Shown here: positions 9,710-20,350 of the stretch, piece after piece | Position numbering within the stretch: position 1 is the stretch's first letter | Layout of the letters: every line of letters starts with the position of its first letter | Origin: Candidatus Omnitrophota bacterium | GTDB taxonomy: Bacteria; Omnitrophota; Omnitrophia; Omnitrophales; Aquincolibacteriaceae | Length of the DNA: 64,000 nt | Direction: 5' to 3' | Assembly: GCA_903856085.1 (NCBI GenBank) | Contig: CAIOAT010000028.1 | Span: 2,676 to 66,675, forward strand | Translations under genes and position numbers: made by a program | Notes under the pieces: model-generated | Seen by the model: only the letters and a program-made list of their open reading frames with translations | Databases searched by the model: none | What the model was told of the DNA's origin: nothing

Positions 9710-10195
9710 ATGGCCGTAAGTTTAAATAAAGTAATGTTGATCGGGAATCTCACCCGGGATCCGGAACTTCGCTATATTCCTTCGGGCCAGGCCGTGACGA
9801 CTTTTACGATCGCGGTTAACCGCACGTACAATTCCAAAGCGGGAGAAAAGAAGGAAGAAGTTTGTTTTATACGGATCGTGGTTTGGGCGCGTCTCGCGGA
9901 GATCTGTAATGAATACCTGAAAAAGGGCCGGCCTGTTTTTGTGGAGGGAAGGATCCAGACCCGAAGCTGGGATGGCCCGGATGGTAACAAGCGGTATTCT
10001 ACGGAAGTGGTCGCCGATAATGTCCAGTTCCTTGGCTCGAAACCCGGAAGCGGGAAGGGCGATGGGGCAGATGTGCCGGCCATGGACGTGGATGACAGTA
10101 TTTTTGAAGCCCCGGAAGGCGGCATGTCTTCCAAAAAGGATTCCGTCTCCCTTTCAAAGGACGAACTTAAACCCGACGAAGAAATTCCCTTCTAA
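9710..10195 (+). CDS. ssb: Single-stranded DNA-binding protein
   Basis: LNKVMLIGNLTRDPELRY and acidic tail DEEIPF. Confidence 0.97.
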   Translation: MAVSLNKVMLIGNLTRDPELRYIPSGQAVTTFTIAVNRTYNSKAGEKKEEVCFIRIVVWARLAEICNEYLKKGRPVFVEGRIQTRSWDGPDGNKRYSTEVVADNVQFLGSKPGSGKGDGADVPAMDVDDSIFEAPEGGMSSKKDSVSLSKDELKPDEEIPF

Positions 10196-10215
10196 ATTAG
10201 CTAGGTGTAAAAAAT

Positions 10216-10536
10216 ATGAAACCGAGATCCTCTTCAAGATTTGGAAAAGACGAAAAGAAAAAGCCCTTTGATAAGAATGCCCGTGGCCCCAAAAAAGGCG
10301 AAAAAGGTTACGGCTCACCGAGCAGGGCTCCTTCCCGGCCACAGCGCAAACGCATGCGGCGTGTACTCCCGGCCATGGACTACAAGGATGTGGATGCTTT
10401 GGGAAAATATATCACCGAGAAAGGCAAGATTTTGCCGCGGCGCATCACACGTTTGAGTTCGAAGGACCAACGGACGCTTACACGCCTCATCAAGAAGTCG
10501 CGTCATTCGGGACTTTTGGCATTCCAGGCGAACTGA
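10216..10536 (+). CDS. rpsR: 30S ribosomal protein S18 (basic N-terminal extension, no Zn cysteines)
   Basis: [24 protein letters not shown]...QR.L...IKKSR. Confidence 0.93.
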   Translation: MKPRSSSRFGKDEKKKPFDKNARGPKKGEKGYGSPSRAPSRPQRKRMRRVLPAMDYKDVDALGKYITEKGKILPRRITRLSSKDQRTLTRLIKKSRHSGLLAFQAN

Positions 10537-10581
10537 TCGCCGGAGCCATTTTTTAAAAAAAGAAAAAAGGGGAATTGATCC

Positions 10582-11038
10582 ATGGAGTTATTGCTTTTGA
10601 AAAATGTGGCAGATGTTGGAAAAAAAGGCGATGTCGTGCGTGTTCGTGATGGATTTGCAAGGAATTTTCTGATGCCTCAGGATCTCGCGATCCCGGCGAC
10701 GCGTGCTAACAAGCAGTTCTTTGCGGAAAAACGTGCGCGCAGTGCTGCACGCAAGGTTAAAGAAAAAGAAGCCGCCGAAAAACGCGCTAAAGAGATGAAG
10801 GATCTTACGATCACCCCTTGAGGTTCGCGCAGGCGAAGGCGACAAGCTTTATGGTTCTGTGACAGCCGAAGATCTTCGCGTGGAACTTGAAAAGCAGGGG
10901 CATAGCTTTGAGAAAAAGCAGGTCCGGATCAAGGATGCTTTGAAGACCTTGGGCACGCACCAGGTCGATCTTGAAATTTACCCGCAAGTCAAGACGCGTC
11001 TGACGGTCGAGCTCGTTCGCAGCCCTGATTCACATTAA
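10582..11038 (+). pseudogene. rplI: 50S ribosomal protein L9 split by one extra base in the C run at 10814-10817
   Basis: The N-domain (GKKGDVVRVRDGFARNFL) stops at TGA 10819-21. The +1 frame continues LEVRAGEGDKLYGSVT...LKTLGTHQV to TAA 11036-38. Could be an assembly error. Confidence 0.85.
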
Positions 11039-11136
11039 TTCCTAAAGTCGAAGGTCATCAGGACCGCCCCAGTCAGCCGTTTTGGAAATATAAACAAGGC
11101 TTGGGCGACCGGCTTAAACCTCTTCAGAGGTCCTTT

Positions 11137-12501
11137 GTGGTTGAATTGAAGACAACGGTTAATCTTTACGAAAAACTTCCGCCGCAGAATCGCGAAGCTG
11201 AAATGAGCGTTCTGGGTGCGATGTTTTTTGACGAGATCGCGCTCGCGAAAGCCATCGAAGTCCTGACCCCCGATTTTTTCTACGACCAGCGTCATCAAAA
11301 TATTTTCAGCGTGATGACAACCCTGTTTTCCCGCAATCACCCCGTCGATCTCATCACAGTCTCGGAGGAACTCAAGAAACGCAAACAGCTTGAGGACCTT
11401 GGTGGTATCAGCTACCTGACCCAGTTGACTACGATCGTTCCGACGGCGGCGAACATTGAACATTATGCCCGAATCGTCAAGGACAAGGCGCTCCTTCGCA
11501 AGCTCATTCAATCTGGGACACAGATTGTGCAGAACAGTCTTGAGGCTGAGGGGAATGCCCGCGAGATGATTGACAGCGCCGAGAAAATGATTTTCGATAT
11601 CGGACAGTCACAGATCGAAAATAAGACCGTCCAGATCAGGGACATTATCCATGAGAGCATGGAAACGATCGATCAGTTGTTTCAACGCAAGGAACACATT
11701 ACGGGTATCGCGACGGGCTTTCATGAATTTGACATGAAGACCGCGGGGCTCCAACCTTCGGATCTGGTCATCGTGGCAGGTCGCCCCTCGATGGGGAAAT
11801 CCGCTTTTGCTACCGCGATCTGCGAACATGCCGGTATTAATCTGAAGAAACCAGTCGTTATTTTCTCGCTTGAAATGAGTAAAGAGCAGCTTGTTCAGAG
11901 AATGCTCTGTTCCCACGCGCGTGTCGACGCACAAAAGGTCCGCACGGGGTATCTCTCCCATCAAGATTGGCCGAAACTGACAAATGCTGCCGGTAAACTT
12001 TCCGAAGCTCCGATCTTTATCGACGACACACCGGGACAGACCGTGCTCGAAATCCGCGCCAAGGCCCGCCGTCTCAAGATGAAGCACGATATTTCCTTGA
12101 TCGTAATCGATTATTTGCAGCTCATGCAAGGGTCGAAGTCCTCCGAAAACCGTCAGCAGGAGATCTCCGAAATTTCCAGGTCTCTCAAGGCGCTCGCGCG
12201 CGAGATCCGAGTTCCTGTTATCGCCGTGAGCCAGCTTTCCCGTGCGGTGGAGTCGAGGACCGGCAATCGTCCGCAGCTTTCCGATCTTCGCGAGTCCGGC
12301 GCAATCGAACAGGATGCCGATGTGGTTGTATTTCTTTTTCGAGAAGAGTATTATCAGCCTTCTGAAGAGAACAAAAATAAGGCTGAGGCGATCATCGCCA
12401 AACAGCGCAATGGGCCCACGGGCATTATCCCGCTCGTGTTTCTCAAAGAATGGACGCGTTTCGATAATCCTGAATTTTTCAGATCAGAGGAATCCGCATG
12501 A
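11137..12501 (+). CDS. dnaB: Replicative DNA helicase
   Basis: PPQNREAE, GRPSMGKS, DYLQLM, SDLRESGAIEQDAD and KQRNGP. GTG start inferred from the RBS. Confidence 0.96.
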   Translation: MVELKTTVNLYEKLPPQNREAEMSVLGAMFFDEIALAKAIEVLTPDFFYDQRHQNIFSVMTTLFSRNHPVDLITVSEELKKRKQLEDLGGISYLTQLTTIVPTAANIEHYARIVKDKALLRKLIQSGTQIVQNSLEAEGNAREMIDSAEKMIFDIGQSQIENKTVQIRDIIHESMETIDQLFQRKEHITGIATGFHEFDMKTAGLQPSDLVIVAGRPSMGKSAFATAICEHAGINLKKPVVIFSLEMSKEQLVQRMLCSHARVDAQKVRTGYLSHQDWPKLTNAAGKLSEAPIFIDDTPGQTVLEIRAKARRLKMKHDISLIVIDYLQLMQGSKSSENRQQEISEISRSLKALAREIRVPVIAVSQLSRAVESRTGNRPQLSDLRESGAIEQDADVVVFLFREEYYQPSEENKNKAEAIIAKQRNGPTGIIPLVFLKEWTRFDNPEFFRSEESA

Positions 12502-15029
12502 AACGATTGCTGCTACTGCTTTTAGGGTTATCTTTTGGCGTGTTGTGTGTTTTCCCGGCCTTTGCCGAGGACGCGACTAAGAAGACGGCTACGGAAGCTG
12601 GGGCAGTCTCGCCAGCGGCTCCCGTACCTTCTAAGAATCTTAATGCGGAACAACCTTCCGCAAAGGTTCCAGTTCCGGCGATTCCGGCGGCTTCTACGAA
12701 TCATGCTGCTGAAGGAACCTCCTCAAAAGTTTCTGCGCAGGCGGGTTCCGTTTCAAGCCCTGCAGCCCAATCGTCGTCTTATGCGCCTGTCTCAGCAGAT
12801 CCTCAGCCCACGCCGGAGGTCAAAAAAACAATCGTAGCGATGGATGTTCGCGGGAACCGCATCGTGAGCACGAACACTATTTTGAGCAAGATCCAGACCA
12901 AGCAGGGGTTGACCCTTAAACAGCAGACTGTTAATGAAGATATCAAACGTCTTTATGCGACCGGATTTTTTGAGGATGTGAGGTTGGAGGTGGAAGAGCT
13001 TCCCGAAGGGTATAAACTCATCGTAGAAGTGGATGAGAAGCCGATCGTCAAGCAAATCACGTTTGAGGGAGCCACTTCGTTTAAGGAAGACAAACTTCGC
13101 AAGACGCTGGGTGTGATCGAGGGACAGATCCTGGACCGTAAGGCCGTCAAAAAGGGCGAGGAAGAGATACGCAAGCTTTACGCGGACAAGGGGTTCCGCT
13201 TCGTGGATCTTCAGGCGACCGTGAATGTGGATTCGAAGACCAAAGAGGCCGTAATCACGGTCAAGGTATTCGAGGGGAAAAAATTTAAGATCAGCAAGAT
13301 TTCTTTCGAGGGAGTAAAGGCCTTCAAACCCAAGCAACTTTCCAAACTGATGAAAACAAAAGAGAGAAAATGGTTTTTGTTTGGAACCTTCAAAGAAGGT
13401 GATTTTGAGAAAGACCTAGAAAAGATCAGCTTCTTCTATCAGAAGGAAGGTTATTTGGACGTGAAGGTGGTGCCGGAGTTTGCCTATAATAAGGATCAGA
13501 ACACGATTCAGATCCTGATCAAGATTGATGAAGGGCAACATTACCTGACTGGTGAGATTAAGTTTAAAGGGAACACCCTTTTCCCCGAATCCGAACTGTG
13601 GCAGCAACTTGAAATGCTTCCCGGCCTGACCTATTCCCAGTTTTATGTCGCACAGGATATGGAAAAGATCCGCCAATTCTATGCGAATGAGGGCTATATG
13701 GAAGCTCGCGTGGTACCCGACGTAAAACTGAACCGCGACAGCAGCAAAGTCGATATCACGTACGAAATTCAAGAGGGGGACCTTTATTTTGTGGAGAAGG
13801 TCCAGATCCGCGGAAACACCAAGACTCGTGATAAGGTTATCCGTCGCGAACTCCGCATCCGGCCAGGCGAGCGCTTTGATGGGAAGAAGATCGAGAAATC
13901 CAAGGAGCGCCTCGAGAATCTGAATTACTTTGAGGAGGTTACCTACGATACCGAACCCACGGACGCCGGCGCGAATCGCAAGGACCTCATTTTCAGGGTC
14001 AAAGAAAAACGGACCGGGGAGCTTTCCTTCGGCGGCGGTGTCAGTTCCATTGATACATTCATGGGGTTTGCCGAGATCTCCCAGAGGAATTTCGATATCC
14101 TTAATTGGCCGCGTTTTACCGGCGGTGGGCAGTCGCTCTCGATCCGTGGTCAGGTCGGGACCATTAACCAGGAGTACGACGCCAGTTTTGTTGAGCCGTA
14201 TCTTTTTAATAAGCCAATCTCTTGGGGCACAAATATTTTTGCCACATCGCAAGACGATAAAAATACTGAATTTGGACAGCGGAGAATGGGCGCCTCGACG
14301 ACTTTATCGCGTCTTTTCAAAGATGTTCTCAGGGCGGGGGGCGGGTACACGTTGGAGCGTGTGGAACTTAAGAATGTCGCAAGCGGTGCGCCTGTTTCCG
14401 TTACGGAGTTTGAAGGGCCCGACTGGCTTTCTAGGCTCCGTGCGTTTACGACCTTTGATAATCGTGACAACGTATTCAATCCTACCAAGGGGCGTGTGAT
14501 TAATCTTGCCGGTGAATTGATCGGAAGCTTTCTTGGCGGCGATCAGGAATATTATATTTTACGGTCCGGGTATACGGAATATCTCACGTTCCATAAAAAG
14601 CATCAGATCGAATTTCAGGCACGGTTGGCCTCATCGCAGTCGTTTGGGAAATCATCGACGACCCCGGCTTATGACAGGTTCTTTGCCGGCGGCCTTGGCA
14701 CGGTGCGTGGTTTTAATTATCGCCGTGTGGGTCCTCAGGAGAACGGGGAGGCCGTGGGTGGTCAGACCATGGCCATTGTGAATCTCGATTATACTTTTCC
14801 GCTTCCTTATCTTGACGCGTTCCGTGGGGTGCTTTTTATGGACGCGGGCAGTGTTAGTCCCGATTCTTACAATATCGATTTCGGAAAATTTGCCGTAAGC
14901 GTGGGTCCTGGAATCAAGGTCAAGACACCCATCGGGCCTTTGGCTTTTTATTATGGTCTTCCCATTGCGAATCGGGACACCAAGGACAGAAATGGACGTT
15001 TCGAGTTTAGTTTGAGCCGTAGTTTTTAA
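12498..15029 (+). CDS. bamA: Outer membrane protein assembly factor BamA
   Basis: Signal peptide, POTRA repeats, VRGF motif and C-terminal Phe. Confidence 0.95.
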   Translation: MKRLLLLLLGLSFGVLCVFPAFAEDATKKTATEAGAVSPAAPVPSKNLNAEQPSAKVPVPAIPAASTNHAAEGTSSKVSAQAGSVSSPAAQSSSYAPVSADPQPTPEVKKTIVAMDVRGNRIVSTNTILSKIQTKQGLTLKQQTVNEDIKRLYATGFFEDVRLEVEELPEGYKLIVEVDEKPIVKQITFEGATSFKEDKLRKTLGVIEGQILDRKAVKKGEEEIRKLYADKGFRFVDLQATVNVDSKTKEAVITVKVFEGKKFKISKISFEGVKAFKPKQLSKLMKTKERKWFLFGTFKEGDFEKDLEKISFFYQKEGYLDVKVVPEFAYNKDQNTIQILIKIDEGQHYLTGEIKFKGNTLFPESELWQQLEMLPGLTYSQFYVAQDMEKIRQFYANEGYMEARVVPDVKLNRDSSKVDITYEIQEGDLYFVEKVQIRGNTKTRDKVIRRELRIRPGERFDGKKIEKSKERLENLNYFEEVTYDTEPTDAGANRKDLIFRVKEKRTGELSFGGGVSSIDTFMGFAEISQRNFDILNWPRFTGGGQSLSIRGQVGTINQEYDASFVEPYLFNKPISWGTNIFATSQDDKNTEFGQRRMGASTTLSRLFKDVLRAGGGYTLERVELKNVASGAPVSVTEFEGPDWLSRLRAFTTFDNRDNVFNPTKGRVINLAGELIGSFLGGDQEYYILRSGYTEYLTFHKKHQIEFQARLASSQSFGKSSTTPAYDRFFAGGLGTVRGFNYRRVGPQENGEAVGGQTMAIVNLDYTFPLPYLDAFRGVLFMDAGSVSPDSYNIDFGKFAVSVGPGIKVKTPIGPLAFYYGLPIANRDTKDRNGRFEFSLSRSF

Positions 15030-15071
15030 AGCATTCTAACCGCAGTATCATTCCAAAAAAGGAGAAACACC

Positions 15072-15584
15072 ATGAACCGTAAACTGATCGCTGGTTTTCT
15101 TGCAGTGCTGATGATGTTGGGACTGAGTCTTCCTGCTTTTGCCGCAGAGATGAAGGTGGCGTATGTCGATGTGGGAGAGGTTTTTGACAATTACCAAAAA
15201 ACCAAGGACCAGGATTTGGTGCTTAAGACCGCAGGGGAAGCTAAGGAAAAAGAACGAAATGATATGACGGCCAAGATCCGTTCGATGGAAGATGAATTAG
15301 CTCTTCTTGCAGCGGATGCCCGTGCCGCCAAACAGGAACAGCTGATCGAAAAGAAGCGCCAGCTCGAGGATTTTGATCGCAATGTCCGTCAGCAGCTTGC
15401 GGAGCAACGCGATAAGGTGGTGCGTGAGATCTTCCAGGAGATCGATGTCATCGTCCAGGACTTTTCGACCAAAGGTGGCTATGACATGATCTTCAATAAA
15501 CGCGTGCTTCTTGCCCAGAAAAAGTCTTTTGACATCACGGCGCAGGTCTCCGCGGAACTCGCGAAGAAATACAAAAAGGCCTAA
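15072..15584 (+). CDS. skp: OmpH/Skp periplasmic chaperone
   Basis: Signal peptide, KVAYVD, coiled coil and DIT motif; follows bamA. Confidence 0.88.
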   Translation: MNRKLIAGFLAVLMMLGLSLPAFAAEMKVAYVDVGEVFDNYQKTKDQDLVLKTAGEAKEKERNDMTAKIRSMEDELALLAADARAAKQEQLIEKKRQLEDFDRNVRQQLAEQRDKVVREIFQEIDVIVQDFSTKGGYDMIFNKRVLLAQKKSFDITAQVSAELAKKYKKA

Positions 15585-15595
15585 GCCGGAGAACG

Positions 15596-16876
15596 ATGAA
15601 ACAAAGGACTCTCAAAAACCAAGCTGTTTTCGAAGGATCGGGACTCCATACCGGCCGTAAGGTGACGGTGTGCGTGCGTCCTGCCGCGGAGAATGTCGGC
15701 ATTCTTTTTTGCCGTGTCGATCTGGACCCGGACCTCAAGGTCAGTGCTTCGATCGAGAATGTCTGTTCCGATGAGATGCGCCAGACGGCGATCTCAGTGG
15801 GGAAGGGACGCGTTCGTACGATTGAACACCTCATGGCTGCTTTTCACGGGCTCGGGATCGATAACGCTCTGGTGGAGATCGACGGGGAAGAAGTTCCCGG
15901 GATGGACGGTAGTTCTTTGGAATTTACCAAGGCGCTGATCGCGGCTGGTCTTGAGGAGCAGAGTGCGGAGCGAAAGTTCCTGACGGTCAAGGTTCCCGTT
16001 TATATCGACCAGGGCGATCAGTCGATCGTCATCTTGCCCGCCGATTCATTTTCGATCTCCTACATGCTCAACTATCGGGACGCAGATCTTCTGGACCAGT
16101 ACCTGTCGCTTCCGATCATGCCGGAAATCTTTGAGCGGGAGCTGGCGCCGGCTCGCACCTTTTGTCTTAAAAAGGAGGCGGAGCTTTTGCTTTCCCAGGG
16201 ATTTGGAAAGGGTGCGAATCCTTCCAACACGCTCATTTTCGAAAAGAATAAACCGCTCCAGAATGCTTTGCGGTTTGAAAACGAAGCCTGTCGGCACAAG
16301 ATGATGGATATTCTGGGCGATCTGTTTTTGTGCGGAAAATTCATCCGCGGTCACGTGATCGCTTCCCGGAGCGGCCACGCCCTTAACGTTGAACTCGTGA
16401 GGAAATTAATGATGAATGCTCCCTCTGAACCAAAGCCACTCTCCAAAACACTGAATGTGGAAGAGATCCAGAAGATCATCCCGCATCGCTATCCCTTTCT
16501 TTTCGTAGATCGGATCGAGAATTTTGAGCCGGGGACCCGCGCGACGGGTTTCAAACAAGTAACGATGAATGATTATTTTTTTCAGGGGCATTTTCCGGGG
16601 CATCCGGTGATGCCGGGTGTTCTCATCGTGGAAGCGATGGCGCAAGTCGGCGGTGTGATTATGTTGGGTGAGCCCGAGAACCGGGGCAAGATTGCTTACT
16701 TCATGAGCGTGGACGCGGTCAAGTGGCGCAGTCCGGTTCTGCCAGGGGATACACTCCGGATGGAAGTCGAGGTTCTGAAGAAACGTGCCAAGTTCGGACA
16801 ATGCGCCGGCAAGGCTTATGTGGGGGATAAATTAGTATGCGAAGCGGATGTGAAATTCGCCGTGGTGGATGCGTGA
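15596..16876 (+). CDS. lpxC: Bifunctional LpxC-FabZ fusion
   Basis: LpxC motifs TIEHLMAA, MDGSS and HKMMDILGDL; FabZ motifs IPHRYPFL and GHFPGHPVMPGVLIVEAMAQ. Confidence 0.95.
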   Translation: MKQRTLKNQAVFEGSGLHTGRKVTVCVRPAAENVGILFCRVDLDPDLKVSASIENVCSDEMRQTAISVGKGRVRTIEHLMAAFHGLGIDNALVEIDGEEVPGMDGSSLEFTKALIAAGLEEQSAERKFLTVKVPVYIDQGDQSIVILPADSFSISYMLNYRDADLLDQYLSLPIMPEIFERELAPARTFCLKKEAELLLSQGFGKGANPSNTLIFEKNKPLQNALRFENEACRHKMMDILGDLFLCGKFIRGHVIASRSGHALNVELVRKLMMNAPSEPKPLSKTLNVEEIQKIIPHRYPFLFVDRIENFEPGTRATGFKQVTMNDYFFQGHFPGHPVMPGVLIVEAMAQVGGVIMLGEPENRGKIAYFMSVDAVKWRSPVLPGDTLRMEVEVLKKRAKFGQCAGKAYVGDKLVCEADVKFAVVDA

Positions 16877-17643
16877 AGATCCATCCGACGGCGATCGTCC
16901 ATCCGGACGCCGTCCTTGGCGAAGGAGTTGAAATCGGGCCGTGGGCCATCGTCGAAGGGACTGTCACGATTGGAGCGCGCACGAAAGTTGGTCCTCGCGT
17001 AACGATCGAAGGGCATACCACGATCGGAGAAGATAATGTGATCTTCACGGGCGCAGTGGTCGGTAGCCTTACCCAGGATAAAAAAGCCGATGGCGGTGTG
17101 AGTTACCTGAGGATCGGCGATCGCAACACGATCCGCGAATATGCGACTCTCAATCCCGGCACCTTGAACGGTACCGAGACTGTGATCGGGAACGACAATC
17201 TCCTGATGGCTTACGCGCATGTCGCGCATGACTGTATTATTCATAATGGCGCGACGCTTGCCAATAACGCGACGCTTGCGGGCCACGTGATCGTAGAAGA
17301 TAGAGCGATCCTCGGCGGTCTTTCCGCAGTCCATCAATTCGTTCGGATCGGGAAATTATCGATCACGGGGGGGTGTTCCAAGGTTGTGCAAGATATCCCG
17401 CCTTTTATGATGGTCGACGGCCATCCGGCGCATGCTTTTGGGATCAATACCGTGGGTTTGGATCGCGCGGAATTCTCCCAGGAAGAAAAATCGGCCATTA
17501 AGAAAGCCTTCAAAATCATCTTCAGGTCAGGTCTCATCTTAAAGAACGTCATCAAGCAGATTCAGCAAGATATCCCCTCCGGTCCCTCCATTCAGACGAT
17601 CATTGATTTCCTGGAAAAGTCCGAACGGGGCATTTGCGGATAG
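16873..17643 (+). CDS. lpxA: Acyl-ACP--UDP-GlcNAc acyltransferase
   Basis: IHPTAIV, HVAHDC, LAGHV and VHQFVRIG. The GTG start overlaps the upstream stop. Confidence 0.95.
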   Translation: MKIHPTAIVHPDAVLGEGVEIGPWAIVEGTVTIGARTKVGPRVTIEGHTTIGEDNVIFTGAVVGSLTQDKKADGGVSYLRIGDRNTIREYATLNPGTLNGTETVIGNDNLLMAYAHVAHDCIIHNGATLANNATLAGHVIVEDRAILGGLSAVHQFVRIGKLSITGGCSKVVQDIPPFMMVDGHPAHAFGINTVGLDRAEFSQEEKSAIKKAFKIIFRSGLILKNVIKQIQQDIPSGPSIQTIIDFLEKSERGICG

Positions 17644-17742
17644 ATCCGTCAGAAATTGATATTTCGGATATCCCCGAGGTGCTGATGACGACAAAAATGG
17701 ATAAATTCTGTATTTTTTCTTGATATTCTAACGGGGTGAACG

Positions 17743-18558
17743 ATGAAGACTATGGGGATCATTGCGGGGAATGGACGTTTTCCCATCCTGGTCGCAGAGG
17801 AAGCTAAGCGGGCGGGATACCGGATCGTAACCTGCGCTATTGAGCAGGAGGCTGAGCCTTGCTTAGAGAAACTCTCGGATGCTTTTTCGTGGGTCAAAGT
17901 CGGGGAGCTTAAAAAGCTTTCTAAATTTCTGAAGAGTGAAGGCGTTCACGAGGCTATCATGGCTGGCAAGATTGAAAAGGTGCGTTTCTTTAAAGAGAAC
18001 GTACGCCTCGATCTTGATATGATGGCGGTTCTTGTGAAATTGAGAGACCACAAGGATGACTCTCTTCTCGGCGGCATTGCGGATTATCTGTTTAAAAAAG
18101 GCATCGTTCTCCAGGATTCCACCTGCTTTCTCAAGAGTATGATGCCGGGACCGGGACTGCTTGGAAAAAAGAAGCCGTCCAATTCCGTGATGGACGACAT
18201 CGATTTTGGTTTTGGAATAGCACAGAAGATCGCCGGCGCGGACATCGGGCAGACGGTGGTCGTGAAGAATAAATCCGTGCTAGCGGTCGAGGCCATTGAA
18301 GGCACAGACGAAGCCATACGCCGAGGCGGGGCATTGGGTCGCGGGAAGATCGTTGCGGTAAAAGTAGCGAAACCCAACCAGGATATGCGTTTCGATGTGC
18401 CGGCCGTAGGACTCAAGACGCTGGAGGTCCTGATCGAAACGCATGCCGAGGCTTTTGCGTTTGAGGCCCATAAAACACTTTTTATCGGCAAAGATATTTT
18501 TATGGAAAAAGCTAATCGCGCGGGGATTGTTCTTTACGGAGTGAGCGACAGGCCTTGA
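17743..18558 (+). CDS. lpxI: UDP-2,3-diacylglucosamine pyrophosphatase LpxI
   Basis: [27 protein letters not shown] and QDMRFDVP. Confidence 0.92.
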   Translation: MKTMGIIAGNGRFPILVAEEAKRAGYRIVTCAIEQEAEPCLEKLSDAFSWVKVGELKKLSKFLKSEGVHEAIMAGKIEKVRFFKENVRLDLDMMAVLVKLRDHKDDSLLGGIADYLFKKGIVLQDSTCFLKSMMPGPGLLGKKKPSNSVMDDIDFGFGIAQKIAGADIGQTVVVKNKSVLAVEAIEGTDEAIRRGGALGRGKIVAVKVAKPNQDMRFDVPAVGLKTLEVLIETHAEAFAFEAHKTLFIGKDIFMEKANRAGIVLYGVSDRP

Positions 18559-18569
18559 AAGATGAAACT

Positions 18570-20150
18570 ATGAATAGTGATAAAAAAAGATTCTCCGGCG
18601 GGCTGCAACGCGAGACTCAGGAGCTCGGGGTGCTCTATGAGATTACCCGACATATGAGTGCGCCGGTCCCACTTGAAGACCGGATGAGAAAAGTGTTAGA
18701 TGTTCTTCATGAAAAAATGGGCATGCACCGTGGGACTTTGACCCTCGTTGATGCAGACAGTGAAAGCCTCACGATCGAGATCGCCCACGGTCTTGATGAC
18801 CAGGCAAAGAAGAAAGGCCGATATAAAATCGGCGAGGGGATCACGGGCAAGGTCGTGGAGGCGGGAGAGCCTATTGCGGTCCCTAACATCGGAGAAGAGC
18901 CTCTTTTTCTCAATCGCACCGGTGCGCGGAAGGATTTCCGCCGTAACCGTATCGCGTTCATCTGCGTTCCCATCAAGATCGATCAGGAGACCATCGGCGC
19001 TTTGAGCGTAGATCGGCTTTTCGAAGGGAATGTTTCGCTGGATGAGGACCTGAGACTCTTGACCATCATCAGCTTCATCATTGCGCAAGCCGTCGCGAAC
19101 TATCGGCTCCGCGAAAAAGAAAAAGTGAAGCTTCAGTTCGAGAATGTTGAGTTGAAGCGCGAGCTTGCCAAAAAATTCCATCCGACTAATGTGATCGGTA
19201 AAAGCAAACGCATGGAAGAAGTTTATGAGGCCATTGAAATGGTAAGTCAGACGCGCTCGACCGTGCTCCTGCGGGGCGAAACGGGAACCGGGAAAGAGCT
19301 TGTGGCACATGCGATCCATTACGGGAGTTTTCGCTCGAAGGGACCGTTTGTGAAAGTGTCCTGCGCTGCGTTGCCGGAGACGCTTCTTGAGAGCGAGCTT
19401 TTTGGGTATGAAAAGGGTGCCTTTACGGGAGCCTTGGCTAAAAAGTTAGGGCGTTTTGAGATGGCAGACGGCGGAACGTTGTTTCTCGATGAGATCGGTG
19501 ATATCTCAGCGTCGATGCAAGTCAAGCTTTTGCGGGCGCTCCAGGAGAGAGAATTCGAACGCGTGGGCGGAACCCAAACAGTTCGTGTGGACGTCCGTGT
19601 GATTGCTGCGACGAACCGTGATCTTGAAAAGGCGATGCAGGAAAAAAAGTTCCGGGAAGACCTCTACTACCGGCTTAACGTGGTGCCGATACTCCTTCCA
19701 CCCTTGAGGGAAAGGAGGGAAGATATCCCCCTCTTGGTTGCGCATTTTTTGAAACAAACGAGTCTCGAGAGCAATAAAAAAGCTCGTTATGTTTCCGATG
19801 AGGCCATGGCTTATCTGATGAACTACTATTGGCCCGGGAATATCCGGGAACTGCAGAATGCTATCGAGCGAGCCGTCATTCTTTGTAAAACGGATACCCT
19901 TGAGGCGGACCTTTTTCCAATTCCCGGAGAAAAAGGACACCCCGCGGCGATTCATTTTAAACCTGTGCGGGTTGCCGATGCACCCCCTGGAGAAAACAGC
20001 TCATTGGCTTCGGCGGTCGAAATTCTTGAAAAGAGTCTGATTCAGGAGGCTCTTCGTTCTCAGGGGGGGAACCAGCGCAAGGCGGCTAAGGTTCTTGGCG
20101 TGACGGAGCGCATTCTGGGGTATAAAATCAAGAACTACGGGCTGAAGTAA
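18570..20150 (+). CDS. NifA-like sigma54-dependent activator (GAF-AAA+-Fis HTH)
   Basis: GAF with GEGITG, Walker [30 protein letters not shown] and a C-terminal HTH; no receiver domain. Confidence 0.93.
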   Translation: MNSDKKRFSGGLQRETQELGVLYEITRHMSAPVPLEDRMRKVLDVLHEKMGMHRGTLTLVDADSESLTIEIAHGLDDQAKKKGRYKIGEGITGKVVEAGEPIAVPNIGEEPLFLNRTGARKDFRRNRIAFICVPIKIDQETIGALSVDRLFEGNVSLDEDLRLLTIISFIIAQAVANYRLREKEKVKLQFENVELKRELAKKFHPTNVIGKSKRMEEVYEAIEMVSQTRSTVLLRGETGTGKELVAHAIHYGSFRSKGPFVKVSCAALPETLLESELFGYEKGAFTGALAKKLGRFEMADGGTLFLDEIGDISASMQVKLLRALQEREFERVGGTQTVRVDVRVIAATNRDLEKAMQEKKFREDLYYRLNVVPILLPPLRERREDIPLLVAHFLKQTSLESNKKARYVSDEAMAYLMNYYWPGNIRELQNAIERAVILCKTDTLEADLFPIPGEKGHPAAIHFKPVRVADAPPGENSSLASAVEILEKSLIQEALRSQGGNQRKAAKVLGVTERILGYKIKNYGLK

Positions 20151-20157
20151 GCGATTC

Positions 20158-20198
20158 GACAAAAATGTAGGCAGTTGCTCTTAGGAAACAATTTTGTA
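20158..20198. promoter_or_regulatory. Paired ACA-N4-TGT boxes, putative enhancer upstream of glnA
   Basis: ACAAAAATGT at 20159-68 and ACAATTTTGT at 20188-97. The motif recurs at every sigma54 promoter in the island. Confidence 0.7.
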
Positions 20199-20249
20199 GC
20201 TTTACCTTAGGGCCTAAAGGAAGTTTCCCTCAGGTAAAGAGTTTTTGAC

Positions 20250-20266
20250 TTGGCACAAAATTTGCA
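20250..20266 (+). promoter_or_regulatory. Sigma54 (-24/-12) promoter of glnA
   Basis: TTGGCACAAAATTTGCA, with GG and GC 12 nt apart. Confidence 0.88.
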
Positions 20267-20350
20267 TCTAAGGTGTTGTAGGCCCTATCCTCGCCTTAAT
20301 AAGAAGGGCTAGATTTTAAGAATTTTCAATCCAAAAAAAAGGGAGGTTTT

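Noticed and set aside
12570-12820. Ala/Pro/Ser-rich segment in BamA, and the similar L25 tail
   Set aside because: Low-complexity linkers with no DNA repeat structure; common features.
15596-16876. LpxC-FabZ fusion as a novelty
   Set aside because: This fusion is already well known, for example in Bacteroidota.
18570-20150. Nitrogen fixation (nifA)
   Set aside because: The architecture is NifA-like, but there are no nif genes in the window and the neighbouring targets are assimilation genes.
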